Both the position numbers and the translations under genes were made by a program. Shown one piece after another: positions 35,363 to 46,022 of a stretch of DNA of 64,000 nucleotides. Position 1 is the stretch's first letter; each line of letters opens with the position of its first letter. The DNA lies in the NCBI GenBank assembly GCA_965223975.1, contig OZ245031.1, forward strand, positions 2,772,145 through 2,836,144, written 5' to 3'. The stretch is from Pseudomonadales bacterium (GTDB lineage: Bacteria > Pseudomonadota > Gammaproteobacteria > Pseudomonadales > JBECKS01). The notes under the pieces were generated by a model, which was not told the origin of the DNA, did no database searches, and worked only from the letters and a program-made list of their open reading frames with translations.

Positions 35363-37156
35363 CTACAGCAAGCTTTTATCCAACTTGAAATATAGGCGCG
35401 TATTGCGGGTTTCGACCGGGCCTTCGCGCTTAAGCAGACTCTTTTCTCCATCTTTCAAACGCGCTTCTAGATAGGCAAGAAAGCGGCCTCGTTCGCTAAC
35501 CGCGAAAGGGTTGTCAGAATGGTGGTTTAACATAGTAGTTTCTATCATTCCGATGCCAGCTTGTTGATCGATCGACACCTCTAATAAGCGCAATTGCTGA
35601 GGCCAGTTCACCATCGAACCAGTTTCAATTTGCCAATAACCAAGCTCTGGAGTGTCTCCAGGACGCACATCTAAGCCATTACGGTGCCAATGAGCGACCA
35701 CATGGGCGATAACGTTGGGGTAGCTATTAAGTAAATCGACCAGATTCCATCCATTGCCGATAATATCTTTGGGTTTATGGTGAGAGCTAACTACTACTAA
35801 CTGATTGTTTTTTTGGGCTTTTTCTAGTTCTTTTTTTAACCAGGTCATTTTGTAGTCGGGAAACTCGCCTTGGAGATGCAGGGCATTGGTATCCAAGGCA
35901 ATATGCCGGATGGCGATATCAGACCCAGGGCTTTGTTCTACAAAGCTGTAAGAGCGATCCTTTTCAATATCCTTAACATATTGCATACCGTGACCTACTG
36001 GTACGCCGGTGGTAATGAACATTTCTTTCGCGATATCGACTGGGTTTAATAAGCGCCGGGCGTGATCGGCGACCACTTTGCGGGTTTCGGTATTTCCTGT
36101 GATCTGCCCAAGTACGTATTTAAAAGCTGAGCGAACATTAGGCACAGATCCCAGATAGTTTTTGTCGCCGATACTGATGTCGTTCATAAAGCCAAAGGTG
36201 CCTTGTTTTAGTTTGACAAATCTAAAGTCGAGGGGTTGATAAGTCATGGCGAACACGCCCATGGCTAGGCCATCATGATTGCCTGGCACAAAGTACCAGG
36301 GGCGTTGGTTAAAACCCTTGGCATCGAAAGGGTCGGAGCTGTCATTGGGGCTACCGTCGGCGTACACGCCTTCAAAGATATCGTCGTCAGCACCACTATC
36401 CGGATGAATGTTTCCTCCGTTCATAGCAGCGATTCCCCAGCGAACCTCATTGTAGTGGCCATTGTCGGTCATATCGCCCGTGAAGAGAGCAAGGTCCATG
36501 GAGCTGCCTAGTTCTAGTTCATAGCTTTCTAAAGTACGAAGTGCGTCCTCTACAATATAAGGAACATGAGGGTTGGCCGGATAGTAAGAGGTAGGGAAGT
36601 AGGGCTTTAGTGGATACAGGAGAAACGGGCTTTCTTCATCGCGCATTTGAAAGTCAGAAATTGACAGGATATTTTGGACATATTGGCCCTGATAGTTTTT
36701 GACGAGTTCATAGTCAACGGAGTCTTCAATAAGATCGGTTCGTTCGATAATGGGCGAGTCAAGGCCAATTCCAGCTAAGCGTTCGCGGTATTCAGAATAA
36801 AGGCTACTGAGATCCAGTGATCGAGAAAAGTCCTCATTTGGTTCAAACAACATAGGCAAGTCATAAGCATGGTAGAGCATTTCGAGCTGGGATAGCCCCT
36901 CTGGGTTCTTCTCCAGCAACATTAATGAGAACAGCAGTTGCTGGTCTGTCTGAGTGTCGTGACTGCTCTGGTGAGGCAGGGTGGTGTAACTGTCGATGAT
37001 GTCTTGGGCGGCGATTTTTTGTTTCCTAAGTAGGGTTTCTCGCTCGCTCTCGAAAACTAACACTCTTACTGCTTCTATACCGAATACGATAGTGAAGTAA
37101 GCCAGTATCGCTACCAGGGAGTATTTGATCAGCGTTTTAATTGAAAAAGCACTCAT
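35363..37156 (-). CDS. Membrane-anchored calcineurin-like metallophosphoesterase
   Basis: N-terminal TM helix. Motifs FTGDMTDNGHYNE, VPGNHDG, VVSSHH and AHVVAHWHRNG. Confidence 0.8.
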   Translation of the reverse strand: MSAFSIKTLIKYSLVAILAYFTIVFGIEAVRVLVFESERETLLRKQKIAAQDIIDSYTTLPHQSSHDTQTDQQLLFSLMLLEKNPEGLSQLEMLYHAYDLPMLFEPNEDFSRSLDLSSLYSEYRERLAGIGLDSPIIERTDLIEDSVDYELVKNYQGQYVQNILSISDFQMRDEESPFLLYPLKPYFPTSYYPANPHVPYIVEDALRTLESYELELGSSMDLALFTGDMTDNGHYNEVRWGIAAMNGGNIHPDSGADDDIFEGVYADGSPNDSSDPFDAKGFNQRPWYFVPGNHDGLAMGVFAMTYQPLDFRFVKLKQGTFGFMNDISIGDKNYLGSVPNVRSAFKYVLGQITGNTETRKVVADHARRLLNPVDIAKEMFITTGVPVGHGMQYVKDIEKDRSYSFVEQSPGSDIAIRHIALDTNALHLQGEFPDYKMTWLKKELEKAQKNNQLVVVSSHHKPKDIIGNGWNLVDLLNSYPNVIAHVVAHWHRNGLDVRPGDTPELGYWQIETGSMVNWPQQLRLLEVSIDQQAGIGMIETTMLNHHSDNPFAVSERGRFLAYLEARLKDGEKSLLKREGPVETRNTRLYFKLDKSLL

Positions 37157-37309
37157 GGATGTCTCTTTTACTATTAGCAGGTCCTAAGACCTTACCGGAT
37201 TAAGCTTATCCATAAGCACTCATTAGAAAGTGCGCTACTCTAGCGCCTTAATCTGAACCAAAACTTAATTGCACTTAGTTAACAAGCTAAGTTAAAAGTC
37301 ATGTTTGGC

Positions 37310-39364
37310 TTATTTTACTTCCATGCCCGGTTTGGCACCTTGGTCGGGCGATAACAAGAAAATCTCTTCGCCACCAGGGCCGGCCGCCAGGACCATGCCC
37401 TCTGATACACCAAAGCGCATTTTTCGGGGGGCGAGGTTGGCTACCATGACAGTAAGTTTTCCTACCAAATCTTCAGGTTGATAAGCACTTTTGATTCCAG
37501 CAAATACCTGTTTCTGCTTATCGCCCAAGTTAAGCGTTAGTTGTAGGAGTTTGTCAGCCCCTTCGACATGTTCTGCCTTAACAATTTCTGCAACCCTAAG
37601 GTCTACTTTGGCAAAATCTTCAAATTGAATTTCGTCTGACACAGTTTCTTTACCCTTGGAATTAGGTTTGATTTTCGTTTTATTGTCCGTTTGTTTTTCT
37701 TCGTTGTTGCCTAAGGTTGCTCTCGCTTCTTCCATCATGGCAACGACCTTGTCGCTTTCTAGGCGATTCATGAGTGCCTTAAATTTATTGATGTTGTGAT
37801 CAAGTAGCAGACTTTCGCTATCGGACCATTGAAGCGGGTCGACGTTTAAAAAACTTTCACTCTTAGTGGCTAGCTCAGGCATAACAGGTTTTAGGTATAG
37901 GCAAAGCAATCGGAAGCAGTTGATGCCTACTGAGCAAACGTCTTGAACTTCTTGCTCTTTACCTTCTTCTTTAGCTAGTACCCAAGGCTTGTGCTCATCA
38001 ATAAATTGATTGGCCTTGTCGGCGAGTGCCATAATTTCGCGAATAGCTTTAGAAAATTCGCGGTTTTCATAAAGGGCTGCGATGTTGCTTTGCGCGCCTT
38101 GAATCTCGCTTAATAGCTCTGGAGCAATGTTGTTACTAGATAACTGGCCACCATGCTTTTTGACAATAAAGCCTGCACAACGGCTAGCGATGTTGACCAC
38201 TTTACCGATGACGTCTGAGTTAAAGCGCTGGACAAAGTCATCCATGTTTAAATCAATATCTTCGACTCGGTTGTTGAGTTTGCAAGCGAAGTAAAAGCGG
38301 AGGGCTTCGGGGTTTAAATGTTTTAGATATAGCTGTGCATTAATGGCCGTTCCACGAGACTTGGAAAGCTTCTCGCCGTTAACGGTTAAAAAGCCGTGGG
38401 CGAAAATTCCATTGGGTAAGCGGAAATCGGCAGCACTTAACATCGCAGGCCAAAGCAGTGCATGAAACTGAATAATGTCTTTGCCGATAAAGTGATAAAG
38501 CTCTGCTTCGCTATCTTTACCCCAGTAGCTATCGAAGTCGATACCTTTTTGATCACATAAATTTTTAAAAATACTGATGTAACCAATGGGTGCATCCATC
38601 CATACGTAAAAATATTTGCCTTCGGTGCCTGGAATTTCGAAACCAAAGTAGGGTGCATCTCGGCTAATGTCTTTGTCTTGAAGGCCGGACTCGAGCCACT
38701 CATCCAGCTTGTTAGCTATTTCCTCTTGTAGAACACCGCTACGTGTCCAGGTCTTAAGCATGTCTGAATATAGTGACTGCTTAAAAAAATAATGCTCGCT
38801 TTCTTTTTCGATGGGTGTGGCACCTGAAAGGGCAGAATAAGGACTGACTAGCTCATTAGCATTGTAGGTTGCGCTACAATTTTCGCAGTTATCACCATAT
38901 TGGTCAGCAGCACCGCACTTTGGACATTCGCCTTTGACATAACGGTCTGCTAGAAAAAGGTTTTTCTCTGGATCAAAAAGTTGTTTGATCGCCTTTACCT
39001 CAATGGCACCGGCTTCTTTGCTGCGCTCATAGATAAGACTAGAAAAGTGCTTATTTTCTTCTGAGTGCGTGGTGTAATAGTTGTCGTAGTGGATACCAAA
39101 CGCGCCTAAGCTTGATAAGCGTTCCTGGTGAACCTCGCCGATCAGCGCTTCGGGAGTGATGCCGCGCTGCTCAGCATTCAGCATAATGGCGGTTCCGTGG
39201 GTATCGTCGCCGCACACCGCATAGCATTCGTGACCTTGCATCTTTTGAAAGCGCACCCAAATGTCGGTTTGAATATGTTCAACCATGTGCCCTAGATGCA
39301 TCAGGCCGTTGGCGTAAGGCAGTGCATTGGTGACTAGGATTTTTCGGGGGTTTGCTTGGCTCAT
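37310..39364 (-). CDS. metG: Methionyl-tRNA synthetase with a C-terminal tRNA-binding domain
   Basis: 684 aa. HIGH-type [16 protein letters not shown]-type KLSKSRG, a CPKCG...CENC zinc knuckle, and a C-terminal EMAP-like [25 protein letters not shown]. Confidence 0.95.
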   Translation of the reverse strand: MSQANPRKILVTNALPYANGLMHLGHMVEHIQTDIWVRFQKMQGHECYAVCGDDTHGTAIMLNAEQRGITPEALIGEVHQERLSSLGAFGIHYDNYYTTHSEENKHFSSLIYERSKEAGAIEVKAIKQLFDPEKNLFLADRYVKGECPKCGAADQYGDNCENCSATYNANELVSPYSALSGATPIEKESEHYFFKQSLYSDMLKTWTRSGVLQEEIANKLDEWLESGLQDKDISRDAPYFGFEIPGTEGKYFYVWMDAPIGYISIFKNLCDQKGIDFDSYWGKDSEAELYHFIGKDIIQFHALLWPAMLSAADFRLPNGIFAHGFLTVNGEKLSKSRGTAINAQLYLKHLNPEALRFYFACKLNNRVEDIDLNMDDFVQRFNSDVIGKVVNIASRCAGFIVKKHGGQLSSNNIAPELLSEIQGAQSNIAALYENREFSKAIREIMALADKANQFIDEHKPWVLAKEEGKEQEVQDVCSVGINCFRLLCLYLKPVMPELATKSESFLNVDPLQWSDSESLLLDHNINKFKALMNRLESDKVVAMMEEARATLGNNEEKQTDNKTKIKPNSKGKETVSDEIQFEDFAKVDLRVAEIVKAEHVEGADKLLQLTLNLGDKQKQVFAGIKSAYQPEDLVGKLTVMVANLAPRKMRFGVSEGMVLAAGPGGEEIFLLSPDQGAKPGMEVK

Positions 39365-39555
39365 GTATATTGCTCAGGTTTCTGCGATCGGTTTGGGCTT
39401 GCTTGGGGCAGCCAAAAATTTGAGGCGCCAAGAATAGCAAATTTTTTTGCTTTGGTTGAGTGAAAAAGTGCGTATTATAGCCAGCTTTCTGATCCAGAAT
39501 TTCTATTCCAGATTTCAGTGCAATGCCCGGCAGGGCGGAGCTAGGGAGCTTTTTT

Positions 39556-40206
39556 ATGTCATTAGCCAGTCCTTATCAAAACGACCTTCCCTTAGAGGGC
39601 GAGAGCGGCTTCAATCGCCAGATATTGATCGATTCTTGCAAGCTGGATGATGAGCATATTCAAATTCGAGGCGAACTTGTGGATAGGCGTGCTGATTATC
39701 AAGATTCCGAGCATGATATAGCTGTGCATGGCATGGTGGTGAGGCTCAGTTTTAATGTTAACACGCGAGAAGTTATTCGCTCAGAGATGGCCTTACCTCA
39801 AATGGCTTTTGTGGGTATTTGTTCAGAACAAATGCCGGCCAAGGCAGAAGAGCTGATTGGCGCTTTGACGGGTTCAGGCTTTAATCAGCGAGTGGCAGAA
39901 GTATTTGGTAACACTCGAGGTTGTATGCATCTGATGACATTGTATCGGGCTATTGGTGTGGCTATGAATCAAATCTCGTGTTGGAATCATACCTTTAAGC
40001 TGTTGGATGAGGAGTGCCCTCCAGAGAGGGTGAAGACCGCGATGTCCGTGATTCAAGCTTCAGTAGAAAACAGCTGCCATGCCTGGAAGTCTGAAGACGG
40101 GGGTGTTATTCAAGATTTTGCCCAGGATGAATATGGTCCGATGTTACACCGTTGTACACCTCGTTTATTAGGGCGTTGGAAGCAGTACAAGGACGAGCAA
40201 CAATAG
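39556..40206 (+). CDS. Hypothetical protein (possibly DUF2889-like)
   Basis: I prefer ATG 39556 (GGGAG RBS 8 nt upstream) over the track start 39523. The GNTRGCMHLMTLYRAIG segment recalls DUF2889, but this is not verified. Confidence 0.5.
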   Translation: MSLASPYQNDLPLEGESGFNRQILIDSCKLDDEHIQIRGELVDRRADYQDSEHDIAVHGMVVRLSFNVNTREVIRSEMALPQMAFVGICSEQMPAKAEELIGALTGSGFNQRVAEVFGNTRGCMHLMTLYRAIGVAMNQISCWNHTFKLLDEECPPERVKTAMSVIQASVENSCHAWKSEDGGVIQDFAQDEYGPMLHRCTPRLLGRWKQYKDEQQ

Positions 40207-40249
40207 CGTAAACTACGCCCTCTAAATTACTTTGTGATGGGATAAATTG

Positions 40250-40816
40250 ATGAGTATTAAGTCTGATAAGTGGATTCAACGTATGTCTGAGCAAGAGGGG
40301 ATGATAGAGCCCTTTGAGCCGGGTCAAGTGCGTTACAAAGATGATCAGCGTATCGTGTCTTACGGAACATCGAGCTATGGTTACGATGTGCGTTGCGCGT
40401 CCGAATTTAAGATTTTTACTAATATTCACTCATCAACAGTTGATCCAAAAGCCTTCGATGAAAATAGTTTTGTCGATGTGAACAATGACGTATGCATTAT
40501 TCCTCCCAACTCCTTTGCTTTAGCACGTACTGTTGAATACTTTCGAATTCCAAGAAACGTATTAACCGTATGCCTGGGTAAGTCTACCTATGCTCGCTGC
40601 GGTATTATCGTAAACGTCACGCCGCTTGAGCCCGAATGGGAAGGGCATGTGACTTTAGAATTCTCAAACACGACTACTTTGCCAGCCAAAATTTACGCCA
40701 ACGAAGGTGTCGCGCAAATGTTGTTCTTTGAGTCTGACGAACAATGCGAGACTTCATACAAAGATCGTGGCGGCAAATATCAAGGTCAGCGTGGTGTGAC
40801 CTTGCCTAAGACTTAA
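40250..40816 (+). CDS. dcd: dCTP deaminase
   Basis: [22 protein letters not shown]...SYGYDVRCA...VTLEFSNTT. This is the conserved gammaproteobacterial Dcd sequence. The ATG lies one codon inside the track's TTG start. Confidence 0.95.
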   Translation: MSIKSDKWIQRMSEQEGMIEPFEPGQVRYKDDQRIVSYGTSSYGYDVRCASEFKIFTNIHSSTVDPKAFDENSFVDVNNDVCIIPPNSFALARTVEYFRIPRNVLTVCLGKSTYARCGIIVNVTPLEPEWEGHVTLEFSNTTTLPAKIYANEGVAQMLFFESDEQCETSYKDRGGKYQGQRGVTLPKT

Positions 40817-40842
40817 TTCATTATAAGTCGAGAGTTTAAATT

Positions 40843-41925
40843 GTGAGTGATGAACTACTGATATTTGACGAAATAGAGCTAAGCGAAGGCGATGGTTTTA
40901 TTGGCTATATTTGCCTAAACAAACCTAAAGCGTTTAACGCCATTGATTTAGAAATGGTGCGCCTTATGCAAATTCGCTTAGATGCATGGAAAGACGATCC
41001 TCGCTTAGCTTTTATATTTTTAGAGGGTAGCGGCGATAAAGCCTTTTGCGCTGGCGGCGATGTCAAAGGCTTATATAGTGGACGAGTTGATACAGAAGAG
41101 GGGATAGATAACCCTTCAGCCATCGAGTTTTTTGATGAGGAATACAGTCTAGATTTTGATCTACACACTTTCCCTAAACCTATTATCTGTTGGGGAAATG
41201 GTGTCGTGATGGGAGGAGGTTTAGGCCTAATGTTAGGTTGCGATCACCGTATCGCGACTGAAAGTACTCGCTCGGCTATGCCCGAAATCACCATTGGTTT
41301 GTTCCCTGATGTAGGTGGATCCTGGTTTTTAAATCGCAGCCCGGGCAAAAGCGGTTTATTTTTAGGGTTAACGGGTGCAAATATAAATGCACACGACGCA
41401 ATTTATGCAGGGCTCGCTAATCGATTTATTTTGCATGAGCATAAAGACGCTTTGTTGGATGAGCTTAAAACCCTAAACCTTGCCAAAGTGCAATCAGGCG
41501 CGTTAACACTTACGCTTAAGCGTTACCAAACCTTGAGTGAATCATCGTTGCCAGAATCTGAATTGAAAAAGCATGCTGAACTGATCGACTCGTGTTGTGA
41601 TTTTGAGTCAGTCTCGGAAATAGCTAAGGCTATTCAGCAAGAAGCGAATAAGAGCGACAGCGCTTGGCTTAAAAAAGCAGCGGAAACCTTAGCGAAGGGT
41701 TGCCCTAAGACGGCACACTTGGTTTTGCAACAACTTTTACGAGCGCGTTACTTATCCCTAGAAGAAGTGTTTGTAATGGAGCGAAACATTTCTGCCCAGT
41801 GTATGAAAAGCCCTGACTTTTACGAAGGAGTAAGAGCCTTATTAATCGATAAAGATCAGCAGCCCAAGTGGACTCATGCCAGTCTGGGTGAGGTTGATTC
41901 TGATTATATTGAGCAATACTTTTGA
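40843..41925 (+). CDS. Enoyl-CoA hydratase/isomerase family protein, 3-hydroxyisobutyryl-CoA hydrolase-like
   Basis: 360 aa. DKAFCAGGDVKGL and GNGVVMGGGLGLMLGCDHRIATE, plus the long C-terminal extension typical of the ECH_2 type. Confidence 0.8.
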   Translation: MSDELLIFDEIELSEGDGFIGYICLNKPKAFNAIDLEMVRLMQIRLDAWKDDPRLAFIFLEGSGDKAFCAGGDVKGLYSGRVDTEEGIDNPSAIEFFDEEYSLDFDLHTFPKPIICWGNGVVMGGGLGLMLGCDHRIATESTRSAMPEITIGLFPDVGGSWFLNRSPGKSGLFLGLTGANINAHDAIYAGLANRFILHEHKDALLDELKTLNLAKVQSGALTLTLKRYQTLSESSLPESELKKHAELIDSCCDFESVSEIAKAIQQEANKSDSAWLKKAAETLAKGCPKTAHLVLQQLLRARYLSLEEVFVMERNISAQCMKSPDFYEGVRALLIDKDQQPKWTHASLGEVDSDYIEQYF

Positions 41926-41957
41926 AACAATATTAATTACGGTAAAGAGAACACAAG

Positions 41958-42239
41958 ATGTCAGCTACAGCCAGCCCAAGCCAACCTAGATTAAGTCTAT
42001 ATTATTATGATTCATGCCCGTTCTGCCGGATGGTGCTGCAAGAGCTTGCCCATCTTAATTTAGAAGTAGAGCGAAGAAATACACTTCAAGATCGTAAGCA
42101 TCTACAGGATTTGGTGTCCGGCGGCGGCAAGCAAACCGTTCCTTGTTTATTGATCGAAGCCGACGGAAACAGCACCTGGATGTATGAATCCAGAGATATT
42201 ATTGCCTACCTCAATTCTCTAGCAAAGCTCCTTTGCTAG
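41958..42239 (+). CDS. Glutaredoxin-like protein
   Basis: 93 aa. YYYDSCPFCRMV active site and TVPCL downstream. Confidence 0.75.
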   Translation: MSATASPSQPRLSLYYYDSCPFCRMVLQELAHLNLEVERRNTLQDRKHLQDLVSGGGKQTVPCLLIEADGNSTWMYESRDIIAYLNSLAKLLC

Positions 42240-42404
42240 CAGCATAAGCTCAAATTTATATACTTTTTCAAGTACTTGTTTGGACAGTATGCTCTTGCTC
42301 CTTTAGGATGGAATGATTGTTGTATCAGCGCTTAAGCTAATCAGTGCTTAATCTAAGCCTGTATTTTATTCTTTATTCCTTGATTGGTATTTTGGGAGCG
42401 AGAA

Positions 42405-43955
42405 ATGGCCAAACTTAGTCCTCTTGATGCGTCCTTTTTACGTATGGACACTGAGCGAACCCCCATGCATGTGGCGGGTTTGATGGTATTTAAATTACCT
42501 TCGAAAGCAAAACCGTCTTACTTGAGAGACTTGGTTGACGCTTTTATAGAGTCTCCAGTCACACTGTATCCATTTAATTGCCGCCTTAAAAAAGGTGGGG
42601 TGGGTGGAAGCCTATCATGGGTGAAGGAAAAGAATATTGATATGGGTCACCACGTGCGCCATTCATCCCTGCCATGGCCGGGCGGTGAAAAAGAGCTGGG
42701 TATGCTGGTGGCTCGACTGCATTCTAATCCTCTAGATCTAAGGCGTCCTCCTTGGGAGCTGCACGTTATTGAAGGCCTCGAAAGAAAGCGATTTGCACTT
42801 TACGTTAAGATTCACCATGGTGCGATTGATGGTATGGGTGCGATGCGCTTATTGACTCGTTGGCTAAAAGACCAAGGCGCAGAGCAAGATCGTCAAGATG
42901 GGATAGCACCTTGGTCAATGCATAGGTCTATGAAAAATCCACGAGGTAAAGGTTCATCCTCATCTAAGAGCAATTTAAGTAAAAGCTTAAAAGGTTTACA
43001 GGAGCAGAGTGAAGCCACCGTGGAGTTAGCCAAAAATCTCTACAAAATGACTCGCTCCGATGAAAACCCTGATGGCGGTTTTTCTTCTGCACTTAAAACC
43101 CCCAAGACTCGCTTTAATGTACCAGTGACACCCCAGCGACGTTTGGCCACTCAGTTGTTGGATATGAGACGCTTTAAGGCGATCGGTAAAGCCACAGGAA
43201 CCACCGTGAATGACGTGTCTTTAGCAGTGATTGGTTCTGCAACACGTCGTTACTTGGAAGAACTGGAAGCTTTACCAAAAGATACCCTAGTCGCATCAGT
43301 ACCACTCGCTGTAGAGAATGAAGACCCTGAAGTTGGCAACTCGGTGGTGGGTTTTGTTTGTCCGCTTGCAACCGACGAAAAAAACGTATTAACGCGTTTA
43401 AAAGTTATTCACTCAGTGACGACCAAAACCAAATCTCAGCTTCAGGATATGTCTAAAGAGTCACTCAAGCAGTTTTCTTTGTTGGGGGTCGCGCCGGTTA
43501 TGTTAGGACAGATGTCTGGCTTAGGTGCCAAGATTCCACCAGTGTTTAATTTTGTGGTGTCGAATGTGATAGCGCCGCAAGAAAAATTGTACTTAGAAGG
43601 CGCTGAGTTAGAGGCCTTATATCCGGTGTCTTTGTTATTTGATGGCTACGCTTTAAATATCACCCTTGTGGGATATGCCGACAAGATTTCGATGGGTTTT
43701 GTGGGGTGTCGTTCTGCTAATCCAAGTTTGCAACGTTTAGCTGTTTACACGGGTGAGGCTCTTGATGAGCTTGAAGCATTGGTGTTTAGCGAAAAAGAGA
43801 AAAATGCCCGAAGAGCTGCGCAAAAACACGCTGAAGAAAAGAAAAGCAAATCCAAAGTAGTAAAAAAAGAGAAGCCTAAAAAGGCGACTAAGTTCGCGGT
43901 CAAACGCAAGATGCCATCAAAAGCGAAGAAAGCTGATTTGAATGAGCTTAAGTAG
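42405..43955 (+). CDS. Wax ester synthase / diacylglycerol acyltransferase (WS/DGAT) with a Lys-rich C-terminal tail
   Basis: Catalytic HHGAIDGMG (the HHxxxDG motif). N-terminus MAKLSPLDASFLRMDTERTPMHV (ATG 42405, GGGAG RBS; the track starts at 42384). The last ~55 aa are strongly basic. Confidence 0.9.
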   Translation: MAKLSPLDASFLRMDTERTPMHVAGLMVFKLPSKAKPSYLRDLVDAFIESPVTLYPFNCRLKKGGVGGSLSWVKEKNIDMGHHVRHSSLPWPGGEKELGMLVARLHSNPLDLRRPPWELHVIEGLERKRFALYVKIHHGAIDGMGAMRLLTRWLKDQGAEQDRQDGIAPWSMHRSMKNPRGKGSSSSKSNLSKSLKGLQEQSEATVELAKNLYKMTRSDENPDGGFSSALKTPKTRFNVPVTPQRRLATQLLDMRRFKAIGKATGTTVNDVSLAVIGSATRRYLEELEALPKDTLVASVPLAVENEDPEVGNSVVGFVCPLATDEKNVLTRLKVIHSVTTKTKSQLQDMSKESLKQFSLLGVAPVMLGQMSGLGAKIPPVFNFVVSNVIAPQEKLYLEGAELEALYPVSLLFDGYALNITLVGYADKISMGFVGCRSANPSLQRLAVYTGEALDELEALVFSEKEKNARRAAQKHAEEKKSKSKVVKKEKPKKATKFAVKRKMPSKAKKADLNELK

Positions 43956-44604
43956 CTTCTTTTAAATAAGCCCTTTCTTCTCGAATAATAAGAACCAGCA
44001 TCGTGCTCACACCGAGTATAAAAATACCATAGCCTGTTTTTTGCAGGGTCGGAATCAATTTCGCATTGGGTAAGACTTTGTTCTCTACAGCCCAATAAAT
44101 AATGGGCAGTAAGATCATAAAAATCGCGAAAAAGACTAATGGGATGAGCGTTTGTAACGACGTCCATCCCTTGGCTTTTACATTCAATAAAAAGACCAAT
44201 TGAGAGTACACGGCAAACAGCGGGAACATGGCGACAGCGAAGACCCAATGTATTTGCTTGAATGGCGTTGGAATCCCATGAGGAGTGAGTGCGGCAATGA
44301 GGATGCAAAGGGCGCCACTAATACCGAAATATTGGGAATAGCGAACGAGTTCGTTATAGTTCTCCGAGTAGCGCTGGTAGAGTTTTGGGCTTTGCAAGGA
44401 AAACAGGATAATCGAGCTTGCTAAAAAGAAGTGACTAATAGGTAAGCTAATCGCCGACGGATTGTAGCCTTCGTCGATAGCACCTAGTGAACTGATGGTT
44501 TTGGTCCACAGAGCATAGGGTTCAGGGTATAAATAAATACTGAGTGCTAACAGCGAGAACGAGAGAAGCGCACTGGCAAGACTGAGCTGTAAACGAAAGA
44601 TCAT
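43948..44604 (-). CDS. Hypothetical integral membrane protein (about 6 TM)
   Basis: 218 aa, hydrophobic throughout. 8-bp convergent overlap with the WS/DGAT stop. The overlapping track ORF 43745..44308(-) is judged spurious. Confidence 0.6.
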   Translation of the reverse strand: MIFRLQLSLASALLSFSLLALSIYLYPEPYALWTKTISSLGAIDEGYNPSAISLPISHFFLASSIILFSLQSPKLYQRYSENYNELVRYSQYFGISGALCILIAALTPHGIPTPFKQIHWVFAVAMFPLFAVYSQLVFLLNVKAKGWTSLQTLIPLVFFAIFMILLPIIYWAVENKVLPNAKLIPTLQKTGYGIFILGVSTMLVLIIREERAYLKEAT

Positions 44605-44637
44605 ATTGGAAGAACGCAGAATAAGTTTGTGCGAATT

Positions 44638-46002
44638 TTACTCTGATTTTTCTAATTGCTCCATGACCCAGATTTGCTGTTTTTCGATTTGCGGCAAAGT
44701 TGAAAAAATCGTTCTAATAAAATCGAACTGAGGCAGCTTTTTAGCAATCAATTTCATCATGTAAGGGGCGTCTTTGCTGACACCACCGCCTTGGGTTAAT
44801 ACGCCAAAGGTATGTTGTTTGCCATCTCTCTCAAAGCCTGAAAATTCATATGCGCCAAGCATTGGGTACATGTCGCCACCGCCATTTAAAAGTAAACGCA
44901 CGTTGTCGTCTTTCTCCACCATATCGAAATGAAACTTGAGACTGAGACCGACTACACCTAGGCCAATCTTCATTTTAGCTTGGACATGTTTTCCATTTTC
45001 AATATCGGTGATAGTGACCTTTTTGATTTCTTTGGTAAATTCCTTCATTGAACGCAGATCGAGTACTAAGGGTTTTGCCACTTCAGGAGCTACCGGCATG
45101 GTGCGAACGGCAGAGGCAAAAACGATGCTACTAACTTTCATATCGTTTTGCGGGTCCTTGTACCATTGTTTGTCTTCGATAATTACTAGGGTGCCATTTT
45201 CTGCGAGGCGGATAAGTGTGTTTAGTTTGTCTGGGTCTTGCGTCAATAGTGGGATCTTTGGTTCAGTAGGCAGGCTGCTTTCATCAAATATATCTTCTTG
45301 TTCTGATTTAAAATAATTTTGCAGTTGTAGCTGGACGATGGCGGCGGCAACTGCCGGCATAGTGGCTTTAAAGTCCGCGTTGGCTTTGATCATCATCCTG
45401 TAAGTTAATTTAGCGGTATCAAGATCTTGCCAAGTAGTGAGTACCAAAAGCGTTTTGTCGTTTGGAAGTTCGATAAATTCATAGCGTCCAATAGCGCCGT
45501 CCACGTCACCATCATGTAAGATAAAAGAAAGGTCTCCGTTATCCTCGTGGGAATATTGCCAATGGAACTTAGACTTAAGGGGGAAGGGGCCCATATTGTA
45601 TTGTTGAATGTAGCTTGTTAAATAATGGTGTTCTTTCTCTTCAATAATTTTGGCTTTTCGAATTTGCGGCATAAACTCGCCATAGTTCTCTATCTTGCCT
45701 ACTACCTTCTTAACTTCTTGAGTAGGAGCATCAACAACAATCATGGCGCTTGAAAAGCGCACATCTTGATAGTCTTTAAGCTTGCCCTGGGTCCAAAAAG
45801 AAATGTCTTTAGGTGCATGGGTAATAATTAGCTGACCCTTGCCGATGATGTCGGATAAAGTTTGTGTGTCTAAGTTGAGCTCACTAAAGGTCGGAGTTGG
45901 GTTAGTCCACTCGACGATTTCGTGTTTCTTTTTCGCAAGGCTGAGACTAGAAGCAATAGATAAACTTAGTGCTAGCACTAAGCTAATAAATTTTGTATTC
46001 AT
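44638..46002 (-). CDS. Secreted hypothetical protein
   Basis: I prefer ATG 46002 (MNTKFISLVLALSLSIASSLSLA|KKK signal peptide) over the track TTG 46038, which would overlap the upstream gene. No family recognised. Confidence 0.65.
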   Translation of the reverse strand: MNTKFISLVLALSLSIASSLSLAKKKHEIVEWTNPTPTFSELNLDTQTLSDIIGKGQLIITHAPKDISFWTQGKLKDYQDVRFSSAMIVVDAPTQEVKKVVGKIENYGEFMPQIRKAKIIEEKEHHYLTSYIQQYNMGPFPLKSKFHWQYSHEDNGDLSFILHDGDVDGAIGRYEFIELPNDKTLLVLTTWQDLDTAKLTYRMMIKANADFKATMPAVAAAIVQLQLQNYFKSEQEDIFDESSLPTEPKIPLLTQDPDKLNTLIRLAENGTLVIIEDKQWYKDPQNDMKVSSIVFASAVRTMPVAPEVAKPLVLDLRSMKEFTKEIKKVTITDIENGKHVQAKMKIGLGVVGLSLKFHFDMVEKDDNVRLLLNGGGDMYPMLGAYEFSGFERDGKQHTFGVLTQGGGVSKDAPYMMKLIAKKLPQFDFIRTIFSTLPQIEKQQIWVMEQLEKSE

Positions 46003-46022
46003 ACTGTTGTTTTCTTTTTTTG

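Noticed and set aside
37157-37309. Small hairpins downstream of metG (AGGTC-ctaa-GACCT, GCGCT-actct-AGCGC), considered as terminators
   Set aside because: The stems are short (5 bp) and lack the following T-run on the relevant (minus) strand. This is too weak to annotate.
38437-38703. 88-aa ORF on the same strand as metG but in another frame
   Set aside because: It lies entirely inside metG, whose frame carries the HIGH and KMSKS motifs. This is an alternative-frame artefact.
43745-44308. 187-aa minus-strand ORF overlapping both the WS/DGAT 3' end and the membrane-protein gene
   Set aside because: It is out of frame with and overlaps two better-supported genes. Its composition is odd (Cys/His/Arg-rich) with no motif, so it is judged spurious.
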